Notes under the pieces: model-generated
The model's database searches: none
What the model saw: the letters and a program-made list of their open reading frames with translations, nothing else
What the model was told of the DNA's origin: nothing
From: an uncultured Gammaproteobacteria bacterium
GTDB taxonomy: Bacteria > Patescibacteriota > Patescibacteriia > Magasanikbacterales > UBA922
DNA: 64,000 bases
NCBI GenBank assembly: GCA_964592785.1
Contig: CAZQHU010000004.1
Coordinates: 72-64,071, forward strand
Direction: 5' to 3'
Position numbers and translations under genes: made by a program
In this document: positions 1 through 7,424 of the stretch, one piece after another
How positions within the stretch are numbered: the stretch's first letter is position 1
Layout: each line of letters begins with the position of its first letter

Positions 1-53
1 ACCTACATTGCAAGATCCGCAATCTTGCGTCCTATCCATTGAACGACGGGTGC
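1..53 (-). tRNA. Partial tRNA, 5' two-thirds only, anticodon GCG (Arg); truncated by the window edge
   Basis: Read on the minus strand from position 53: acceptor GCACCCG, U8, D-arm GTTC-AATGGATA-GGAC, anticodon arm CAAGA-TTGCGGA-TCTTG, start of T stem. The acceptor and D-loop (TGGATAG) resemble bacterial tRNA-Arg. Confidence 0.45.
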
Positions 54-78
54 CTAATACACGTGAGCAATTATAATA

Positions 79-108
79 CAAAAAAACAGAATCGTCAAGA
101 CGATCCTG
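79..108 (-). terminator. Intrinsic terminator downstream of the 121..624 CDS
   Basis: Hairpin CAGGATCGTC/GACGATTCTG followed by a T7 run when read on the minus strand. Confidence 0.4.
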
Positions 109-120
109 TTTAATTCAAAA

Positions 121-624
121 TTAATGAATCCGCCAACTACGTCCTATCCTATCCGACAAAGGTTCGTCTTCTTTTTCTGAATGCTCTGGTAAAAATTCAC
201 GCAAACTATGTTTTATTTCAATGGGATTTTGATCAAGCAGTGGAATGCGCAATAATGGTTGCCAAAAACTCTTGGTTTCCAAAAATAGAGTTTTTACCTC
301 AGGAGGATTGTAAATCAAATAAAAACCTTCAAACTCAGAATAAGAGAAAAAACGCGTCCCTACCACAATACCGGTGTTGGTAATCTGAAATAAAACCTTG
401 GCAGGGTTTTGATGATTTTGTAAAAATAAAATAATTGAAAAAAGTACAATGATTACCGCAAACAAAAAATTACCAGTAAAAATGGCATAAAAAACCAAAA
501 ATAAACCAATGATAGCCATAAAAACATACCAGGATTTCCCACGTTCATAATGTTCATATTCTTGAAAACCCCATTCGTGAAGCACCTGCCCCAGATCCAA
601 ATCATCTTTTATAAGCTGCGGCAT
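121..624 (-). CDS. Hypothetical membrane protein (2 predicted TM helices)
   Basis: The ORF track gives 121..678, but its N-terminal 18 codons overlap the tRNA-like repeat. The internal Met (MPQLIKDD) at 624 is the likelier start. Hydrophobic segments are present. Confidence 0.45.
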   Translation of the reverse strand: MPQLIKDDLDLGQVLHEWGFQEYEHYERGKSWYVFMAIIGLFLVFYAIFTGNFLFAVIIVLFSIILFLQNHQNPAKVLFQITNTGIVVGTRFFSYSEFEGFYLIYNPPEVKTLFLETKSFWQPLLRIPLLDQNPIEIKHSLREFLPEHSEKEDEPLSDRIGRSWRIH

Positions 625-660
625 ATAAAAAAATATTAAAAAACAAAAAAGAAAAAGAAG

Positions 661-775
661 AAATATGAGTGGACCCAACTGGATTCGAACCCCGCCCGAC
701 TGGCCTGACGATAGTCAGGCGGGCGGGCAGTGACCTTCTCAATGTGAATGAGACCCCCCGCCTGCCATAGCTTCG
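661..775 (-). pseudogene. Degenerate partial duplicate of the adjacent tRNA-Val gene, carrying a 37-nt palindromic insertion
   Basis: It repeats the anticodon arm, variable loop and start of the T stem (GGTCTCATTCACATTGAGAAGGTCACTG) and the T-loop GGTTCGAATCCAGT of tRNA-Val. The T stem is split by CCCGCCCGCCTGACTATCGTCAGGCCAGTCGGGCGGG, and the acceptor strands do not pair. Confidence 0.5.
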
Positions 776-849
776 TAGCCACTACTGGATTCGAACCAGT
801 GACCTTCTCAATGTGAATGAGACGCTCTAACCAACTGAGCCAAGTGGCC
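776..849 (-). tRNA. tRNA-Val (anticodon CAC)
   Basis: Cloverleaf: GGCCACT, D-arm GCTC-AGTTGGTTA-GAGC, anticodon arm TCTCA-TTCACAT-TGAGA, T-arm ACTGG-TTCGAAT-CCAGT, acceptor 3' strand AGTGGCT, discriminator A. CCA is not encoded. Confidence 0.8.
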
Positions 850-982
850 ACGGCGGATAAGTCCAACCTCAGCCAGAGACTGGTTGGCCTTTTACTAAAA
901 CTGCCTGCCCGTCGAAGCTTTAGCGAAGACGGGAGCCATGGATCCATTATAGCACAAAAAATTATAACAAAAAAGCCCAATT

Positions 983-2473
983 TTGACAAGAGACTTTACA
1001 ATTGCCAAAAACTTAAATTTACATTATAATATGGGCAATATGCAGATTGAACCCATAAATTTTCTAGAAAAAGAAACTGAAAAAATAAAATCACCCAAGC
1101 CACGCTGGCTGGTTTTTTTGGTTATTTTTACTTTAATTTTTGTTGGCGGCTGCATTACCAGAGCTATTGTTGGCGAGTACGCCCCCAATGAACCAGAGGC
1201 CTACGATCCCGCCACCCTCAAACCCAAAAAACCTGAAGGCTTTTTTCAAACTGTTAAATACCTTATTTTTTCCCAAGACAATCAGCTGGCTGGAGCCAAA
1301 GATGATCGGATTAATATTTTATTACTTGGCATGGGCGGAGCCGGACACGAAGGTCCATATCTAACCGATACCATTATTATTGCCAGTATTGAACCTTCTA
1401 CTGGCAAAATCGCCATGATTTCTATTCCTCGTGATTTGGCAGTTTCCATACCCAAACAAGGAATAAAAAAAATAAATAATGCCAATGCCTATGGCGAAGC
1501 CAAAAATCCTGGGCAAGGAGGAGAATTTGCCTCAGAAATTATTAGTGAAACTTTTGATTTAGATATTCATTACTATGTCCGGATTGATTTCAAAGCTTTT
1601 GCAGAGATCATTGATGCTGTTGGCGGAGTGACTGTCGCTGTGGACAGATCATTCACCGACTATACTTACCCAGCAGAAAATTACGAATACCAAACGGTTA
1701 GTTTCAACCAGGGTATTCAAACCATGAATGGCGATACAGCTTTAAAATTTGTACGTTCCCGCCATGGCTCCAATGGCGAAGGTTCGGACTTTGCCCGTGC
1801 CCGCCGCCAACAAAAAGTCCTAGCCGCTCTCAAAGGCAAACTCTTATCATTTTCCACTTTGGCCAATCCTCTTAAAATAAATAATATTTTAAATAGTTTA
1901 GAAAAACATCTCACCACCGACTTACCTTTTGCTGACATTATCACACTCACAAAAATGATGCGTGAACTGCAAACAGATGCTATAATAAACTTAGTGCTTG
2001 ACGATTCTCCCCAGGGTTTCCTCAAATCCACTTTTGGTAGCGATGGTGCTTTCCTTTTGGTGCCAAAGACAGGTGATTTTACCGACATAAATAATACCAT
2101 CAAAAATATTTTTCAAACCGATGAAACTGTCAAGCATTTAGAAACTACTCCTGTACCTGTTCAAACCACTGCTCCACCTTTGCCCACCGCCAATATTGAA
2201 ATTCAAAATGGTACCTGGAGCGCCGGTTTGGCCGCTCGCATGAAAAAAAGATTAGAAGACAAAAACTTCTTAGTTGAAACCATTGGCAACACTGCTGAAC
2301 GTCCACAAAATCAGAGCGGTATTTATAATATTTCTAACAAAAATCTGAGTGATTTACTTACTGCTCTGCAAGAAGAACTTCGTTTGCCAATAAAAGAAAA
2401 ATTACCAATGGGAATCTCTGCCACCACTTCTACTGATATTTTGATTATTTTAGGCGAAGATCTTGCTGAATAA
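983..2473 (+). CDS. LytR-CpsA-Psr (LCP) family cell-envelope polymer transferase
   Basis: N-terminal TM helix plus an LCP core (DDRINILLLGMGG...DTIIIASIEP...ISIPRDL). Start is ambiguous among 983, 1031 and 1040. Confidence 0.8.
   Translation: MTRDFTIAKNLNLHYNMGNMQIEPINFLEKETEKIKSPKPRWLVFLVIFTLIFVGGCITRAIVGEYAPNEPEAYDPATLKPKKPEGFFQTVKYLIFSQDNQLAGAKDDRINILLLGMGGAGHEGPYLTDTIIIASIEPSTGKIAMISIPRDLAVSIPKQGIKKINNANAYGEAKNPGQGGEFASEIISETFDLDIHYYVRIDFKAFAEIIDAVGGVTVAVDRSFTDYTYPAENYEYQTVSFNQGIQTMNGDTALKFVRSRHGSNGEGSDFARARRQQKVLAALKGKLLSFSTLANPLKINNILNSLEKHLTTDLPFADIITLTKMMRELQTDAIINLVLDDSPQGFLKSTFGSDGAFLLVPKTGDFTDINNTIKNIFQTDETVKHLETTPVPVQTTAPPLPTANIEIQNGTWSAGLAARMKKRLEDKNFLVETIGNTAERPQNQSGIYNISNKNLSDLLTALQEELRLPIKEKLPMGISATTSTDILIILGEDLAE
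1002..1030 (+). promoter_or_regulatory. Candidate sigma70-like promoter (TTGCCA-17-TATAAT)
   Basis: Hexamers with 17-nt spacing directly upstream of the LCP gene. This implies a very short or leaderless 5' end. Confidence 0.3.
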
Positions 2474-2496
2474 ACTTAATTATTAAAAATTATAAA

Positions 2497-3891
2497 ATGG
2501 CTACTCCTGCGAAAATTATCACCGATAATTTACCAGTCATTGTTTTGGTGGGTCGTGTTAATGTTGGTAAATCCACTCTTTTCAATCGTTTGATTGAAGA
2601 AAAAAAAGCGCTGGTTTCCGATATCCCAGGCACCACTCGCACTGTCAATGAAGGTCTGATGCTTTGGCGAGGTAAATATTGTAAAATTATTGATACTGGC
2701 GGATTGACTTTTACCGATGAAGTGGTTTTGGAAAAAGAAATAAAAGAACAGACTGAAAAAGCTGTCCGCCAAGCTGATCTGGTTGTCTTTGTGACCGATG
2801 CTCAAGATGGAATATTGCCCCAAGAAAAAGAATTGGCCAAACTAATTCGCCGTACTACTGAAAAACCAATAATTTTCGTAGCCAATAAAACAGATAGCAA
2901 CTTTTTGGAAAAAAATCTTTACCAACCAGAATGGAAAAAACTTGGTCTAGGTGAACCTTTCCCTGTTTCCGCAGCCAACGGCAGAAATCTAGGAGATTTT
3001 TTAGATTTAATTTACAAACATTTAACCAAAATTAAAAAAACTCCCAAGAGAAAAATTACCACTGAAAAAATTATCAATATTTCACTTATTGGCAAGCCCA
3101 ATGTTGGCAAATCTTCTATTTTTAATAAGTTGATTGGAGAAGAAAAAGTGATTGTCTCTCCTCTGCCCCACACTACTCGCGAACCACATGACACTTTGGT
3201 TGATTATCACTATCAAATTGATGGCAAAGAAGAAATTATGAAGATAAATTTCATAGATACAGCCGGTATTCGTCGCAAAACCAAAGTGGAAGGTGGGCTA
3301 GAAGGCCAAGGAGTGATGCGAAGTATCAAAATAGCTGAAGAATCAGAGATAATCCTTTTTGTCATTGATGGCACCGAAACCATTTCCACCCAAGATCGCC
3401 AACTGGGCGGACTTTTGGAAAAAAGGGTAAAAAGCGTGATCATTCTTGTCAACAAATGGGACCTAGCCGAAGACAATAGTGACTCGGCTCGCAATGAAGT
3501 CAAAAAAATGGTTTATAGTTATTTTCCACATCTAGATTTTGCCCCCATACTTTTTGTTAGTGGCAAAAATGGTTATCGAATCCATAATATTTTTCCAGAA
3601 ATTATCAAAGCCCATGAAGCCAGACGCACTGTCATTCCCGAAGATGCCCTACACCAATTTATCAAACACACTATCAAAGAACATTTGCCCAGTCGCGGCA
3701 AAGGCACCAGACACCCAGAAATTTTGGGGTTCAAACAATTGGATATCAATCCACCGGTTTTTGAAATGTACATCAAACCCAAAACTTCCCTTCATGAATC
3801 TTATGTGCGCTTTGTCGAAAGAAGGTTAAGAGAACAATTTGACTTCTACGCTACGCCTATTATAATAAGACTAACTAAACTAAAACGTTAG
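2497..3891 (+). CDS. der: GTPase Der/EngA (two tandem GTP-binding domains)
   Basis: Two P-loops (GRVNVGKST, GKPNVGKSS), two DTAG motifs, NKxD, and a C-terminal KH-like domain. Confidence 0.9.
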   Translation: MATPAKIITDNLPVIVLVGRVNVGKSTLFNRLIEEKKALVSDIPGTTRTVNEGLMLWRGKYCKIIDTGGLTFTDEVVLEKEIKEQTEKAVRQADLVVFVTDAQDGILPQEKELAKLIRRTTEKPIIFVANKTDSNFLEKNLYQPEWKKLGLGEPFPVSAANGRNLGDFLDLIYKHLTKIKKTPKRKITTEKIINISLIGKPNVGKSSIFNKLIGEEKVIVSPLPHTTREPHDTLVDYHYQIDGKEEIMKINFIDTAGIRRKTKVEGGLEGQGVMRSIKIAEESEIILFVIDGTETISTQDRQLGGLLEKRVKSVIILVNKWDLAEDNSDSARNEVKKMVYSYFPHLDFAPILFVSGKNGYRIHNIFPEIIKAHEARRTVIPEDALHQFIKHTIKEHLPSRGKGTRHPEILGFKQLDINPPVFEMYIKPKTSLHESYVRFVERRLREQFDFYATPIIIRLTKLKR

Positions 3892-3895
3892 TTTT

Positions 3896-4444
3896 ATGAA
3901 ACTCATCGTTGGTCTTGGTAACCCCGGTAAAACCTATGCCAAAACCCGTCACAATTTCGGGTTTATTGTGCTTGATGCTCTTCATAAAAAACTCCAAGAA
4001 GAAGGGATCAATAACTGGGAATTATCCAAAAAATTCAATGCCCAAGTTTCAGGACTCACCCTTAACAATGAAAAAATTATTCTGGCCAAACCCATGACTT
4101 TCATGAATAATTCTGGAATTGCGGTTCAACTTTTGGCTCACTTTTACAAAATTACTGCTGGAGATTTGCTAGTTGTTCACGATGATAAAGATCTCAAACT
4201 TGGCGAAATAAAAATTCAAACCGATCGCTCCTCAGCCGGACACAATGGCGTCCAATCAATCATCGATCACCTCGGTACACAAAATTTTACTCGCATTCGC
4301 CTCGGTGTCGCACCTGAGAAAGAAAGTAAGATGAAAGATACTGCCGACTATGTCCTCGGCAAGTTTGGCTTGTTTGAAAAGAAGAAAGTAGATGAAGTGA
4401 TAGAGAAAGCAGTGGAAGAAATAATAAAATTAATCTCCTCTTGA
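3896..4444 (+). CDS. pth: Peptidyl-tRNA hydrolase
   Basis: MKLIVGLGNPG...TRHNxGF signature and typical length. Confidence 0.9.
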   Translation: MKLIVGLGNPGKTYAKTRHNFGFIVLDALHKKLQEEGINNWELSKKFNAQVSGLTLNNEKIILAKPMTFMNNSGIAVQLLAHFYKITAGDLLVVHDDKDLKLGEIKIQTDRSSAGHNGVQSIIDHLGTQNFTRIRLGVAPEKESKMKDTADYVLGKFGLFEKKKVDEVIEKAVEEIIKLISS

Positions 4445-4570
4445 GAGGAGTGTCTCCGACCCGCAGGTCGGAGACGAGGTGTGTTACCGTTGTTTTCAGT
4501 TCTTACCACTGTTACACACCCCACCTCCCCGCTGAATTGGCGGGTCGGCACCCCTCTCAAGAGGGGATTA
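4430..4570. other. GC-rich block of four consecutive hairpins, a candidate structured RNA or complex terminator
   Basis: Hairpins GTCTCCGACC/GGTCGGAGAC, GGTGTGTTAC/GTTACACACC, CCGC-TGAATTG-GCGG and CCCCTCT/AGAGGGG in an AT-rich context. The pth stop codon lies inside the CTCCTCTTGAGAGGAG palindrome. Confidence 0.35.
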
Positions 4571-4579
4571 CAAATATCA

Positions 4580-4607
4580 AAAAATCCGCTGATAAAGCGG
4601 ATTTTAA
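4580..4607. terminator. Bidirectional terminator hairpin between convergent genes
   Basis: AAAAAATCCGCT-GATAA-AGCGGATTTTAAT. Confidence 0.45.
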
Positions 4608-4623
4608 TATGTATTTTATTCTT

Positions 4624-5160
4624 TTACTTTTCAACATTAAATACTGTATTAAGATTTACAACAGGACCCTTTGCAAATGCTTCTAATGACTTCCTTAAAT
4701 ATTCTGCACTTTGTTGAGAATCATAACCAGCCTCAACAGTTCTATCAAAATAAGCAACGAAACGTTCAGGATATCTTTCCACATCAGCCAACTCTTCAAA
4801 AGTCTGTTTCAAAGTACCTCCAAAATTTGTATTATAAAATTCAAGTCTTGTTTTCAAAGTAGCAATTCTTTCTTTCAAACCATCAACAATTTCTTCTAAC
4901 CTTTTTTTATCAAATATTCCATTATCTGTATTTTCTGCTGTTAAAGTTTCTTCTAAACCATGCAAAAAATCTTGTAAACCTACTATTGAATTCTGAACAT
5001 CATATTCTGCCTGATTTCTATCTTCTAACTTTTTTTCTTGGTCATTTGTAGTTTCAGATGCTCTCCAGTCAACATCTCTTTGTCTTGGATCTAAATTATC
5101 TCCTGTACCCATATATTTTAATATAAAAATTAATTCTCCTTTTACTTTGAATATTCCCAT
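4624..5160 (-). CDS. Hypothetical protein
   Basis: Long ORF with protein-like composition. No family recognised. Confidence 0.45.
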   Translation of the reverse strand: MGIFKVKGELIFILKYMGTGDNLDPRQRDVDWRASETTNDQEKKLEDRNQAEYDVQNSIVGLQDFLHGLEETLTAENTDNGIFDKKRLEEIVDGLKERIATLKTRLEFYNTNFGGTLKQTFEELADVERYPERFVAYFDRTVEAGYDSQQSAEYLRKSLEAFAKGPVVNLNTVFNVEK

Positions 5161-5213
5161 TATAACACATTTTTACCCTTTTGTCAATCTAAATTTTGTG
5201 ATAAAATAATCAC

Positions 5214-6293
5214 ATGAAAAAAGAAATTCTCTTCTCCTACTTCCCCAAAAACACTGTCAAACGCTACCAAGAACTGGTGGCGGTTTTTGATAATCTAGAA
5301 AACGCTTGGAATACAAGTATTGAAGACCTAATTAAAATCGGCTGGGAAGAAAAATTGGCACAAGAATTTACTGACTGGAAAAATAAAATTGACGAAGAAA
5401 AAATTGCCAAAGTCTTGCAACAAGAAAATATACATTGCCTCACCAGAGATGATGAAGCTTATCCAGCCAGTCTAAAAGAACTTTATGATCCACCTTTTTG
5501 TCTTTTTGTCCGAGGTAAACTACCAAAAGATGGATTCAATCTGGCAGTGGTCGGAACGCGAAAATATACTACCTATGGCAAACAAGTGACTGAAGAATTG
5601 GTCACTGAACTTACCCAAAATGGTCTAAATATTATTTCTGGCCTAGCTCTGGGGATTGATGGTATCGCTCACGAAACTTGTTTACAAAATAATGGAAAAA
5701 CTGTTGCTATTCTTGGTACAGGAATAAATAATAACCACATCTACCCAAGTATACACAAAAATCTTGCCAATAGAATTATTGAAAACAATGGCGCGCTTAT
5801 TTCTGAATATCCGCCCGGGGCTCTGCCTTCCAAATTTGGTTTTCCCAAAAGAAATAGAATTATTGCCGGGCTTTCGCTTGGTGTCCTCGTCACCGAGGCA
5901 CCCGAAGACTCTGGGGCGCTCATCACCGCTCAAGTAGCCAATGACCTGGGGCGAGAAGTATTTGCTGTTCCTCATGCCCTTACTTCACCCAATGCCACTG
6001 GCACCAATAACTTAATAAAAAACGGCGCCCACCTGATAAACTCTGCCAAAGATATTTTGGAAATTTTAAATTTACAAGAGATCAAACAATTTATCGGCAA
6101 TCGCCAGATTTTACCCGACTCTCCTACTGAGGCCAAACTTCTGGAACATCTCGGTAAAGAACCTCACCATGTGGATGAAATAATCAAACTTACACAACTT
6201 GACAGCCCTACTGTAAATGCTACACTTACTATGATGGAAATGAAGGGAAAGGTGAGAAATCTTGGAGGAATGATGTATATTCTTGGTAAGTGA
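5214..6293 (+). CDS. dprA: DNA processing protein DprA/Smf
   Basis: Rossmann-like DprA core (VVGTRKYTTYG...GLALGIDGIAH...GSLITA-like) and a C-terminal winged-helix region. Confidence 0.85.
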   Translation: MKKEILFSYFPKNTVKRYQELVAVFDNLENAWNTSIEDLIKIGWEEKLAQEFTDWKNKIDEEKIAKVLQQENIHCLTRDDEAYPASLKELYDPPFCLFVRGKLPKDGFNLAVVGTRKYTTYGKQVTEELVTELTQNGLNIISGLALGIDGIAHETCLQNNGKTVAILGTGINNNHIYPSIHKNLANRIIENNGALISEYPPGALPSKFGFPKRNRIIAGLSLGVLVTEAPEDSGALITAQVANDLGREVFAVPHALTSPNATGTNNLIKNGAHLINSAKDILEILNLQEIKQFIGNRQILPDSPTEAKLLEHLGKEPHHVDEIIKLTQLDSPTVNATLTMMEMKGKVRNLGGMMYILGK

Positions 6294-6713
6294 GTAAGTT
6301 TGTAAGTGTATAAGTTTATAAGTATGTCATTAGTAAAAAACTGGACTGATCTCAATGCCTGGAAAAAAGCTCATCAACTAGTAATTGAAATTTATAAAAT
6401 AACAAAAACTTACCCTAAAGATGAACTTTATGCTTTAATTTCACAAATTCGACGTGCCTCTGTATCTGTAGCGGCCAACATAACAGAAGGTTTTCATCGA
6501 GAAACTAAAAAAGATAGATTACATTTTTATACAATGGCTTCAACTTCATTAGAAGAAGTAAAATATCATATAATTCTATCAAAAGACTTAGAATATATAG
6601 ATGTAAACAAAGCAAGAGAAATTTATTCTTTAGCAAATGAAGTTGGTAGACTACTCAGACGTTGGATGCAAACCCAAAAATAACTTACTCACTTACAAAC
6701 TTACATACTTAAT
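6286..6713. mobile_element. Cassette bounded by inverted GTAAGT/ACTTAC repeat arms and carrying a four-helix-bundle gene
   Basis: Left arm TAAGTGAGTAAGTTTGTAAGTGTATAAGTTTATAAGT (6286-6323). Right arm CTTACTCACTTACAAACTTACATACTTAAT (6684-6713). The arms share the 15-mer GTAAGTTTGTAAGTG in inverted orientation. Confidence 0.4.
6306..6683 (+). CDS. Four-helix-bundle protein (23S rRNA intervening-sequence protein / Avd-like family)
   Basis: ELYALISQIRRASVSVAANITEGF motif typical of TIGR02436/PF05635. The ATG at 6324 is more likely the start than the GTG at 6306. Confidence 0.75.
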   Translation: MYKFISMSLVKNWTDLNAWKKAHQLVIEIYKITKTYPKDELYALISQIRRASVSVAANITEGFHRETKKDRLHFYTMASTSLEEVKYHIILSKDLEYIDVNKAREIYSLANEVGRLLRRWMQTQK

Positions 6714-6724
6714 AACTATACCCT

Positions 6725-7402
6725 ATGTCAAAACTAAATATGACTACAAAAAAACTCGTCTTTCTCACCGCCTTCGTTGCAACAGGCTTCACCCTCATGC
6801 AAATCCCCTTCACTCAAATCATTGGTTCCAGTTTGAAATTCAGTTTATTTGATTTCTATGGTCCAATCGCTGGTGCTTTTGTCGGCTCTATCTGGGGACT
6901 GATAACTGTCGGCGTGATGCAATTCGCCAACTGGGCTTGGCACGGTTTCGCTCTGGATGCTTCCACTCTCATCCGCCTTTTGCCAGTCTTATTCTCTGTC
7001 CTTTATTTCGCCCGCAAATCCAGGTGGCTCACCCTTGTTCCGGCTACTGCCATGATTGCTTTTTGGCTTCACCCAGAAGGTCGCCAGGCTTGGTACTATG
7101 CTCTATATTGGTTGATTCCAGTTATTGCTTATTTCTGGCATGAAAAATCCCTGCTTCTCCGTGCTCTCGGCACTACCTTCACTGCCCACGCGGTTGGTAG
7201 CACACTATTCCTCTATGTGTTAAATCTTCCGGCTTCTGTTTGGACCGGTCTTATCCCTGTGGTTTGGAAAGAAAGAATTATTATGGCTTTTGGTATTACT
7301 GTCACTTACATTGCTTTCAACTATCTTCTAAGTTTCTTGGAAAGAAAATATCATATTCAGTTGCCGTTTGTGAAGTTGAACCACAAGTATTCTGTTAAAT
7401 AA
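6725..7402 (+). CDS. Polytopic membrane protein, possibly an ECF-transporter S component
   Basis: About 6 hydrophobic helices and ~220 aa, lying immediately upstream of folC. Family assignment is tentative. Confidence 0.4.
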   Translation: MSKLNMTTKKLVFLTAFVATGFTLMQIPFTQIIGSSLKFSLFDFYGPIAGAFVGSIWGLITVGVMQFANWAWHGFALDASTLIRLLPVLFSVLYFARKSRWLTLVPATAMIAFWLHPEGRQAWYYALYWLIPVIAYFWHEKSLLLRALGTTFTAHAVGSTLFLYVLNLPASVWTGLIPVVWKERIIMAFGITVTYIAFNYLLSFLERKYHIQLPFVKLNHKYSVK

Positions 7403-7424
7403 ACTTTCCACCGGCATTCAGCCG

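Noticed and set aside
636-1029. ORFs 636..989(-) and 817..1029(+)
   Set aside because: They overlap tRNA-Val and the tRNA-derived repeat and have low-complexity translations.
6306-6683. A diversity-generating retroelement, suggested by the Avd-like four-helix-bundle gene
   Set aside because: No reverse transcriptase ORF and no template/variable repeat pair occur anywhere in the window.
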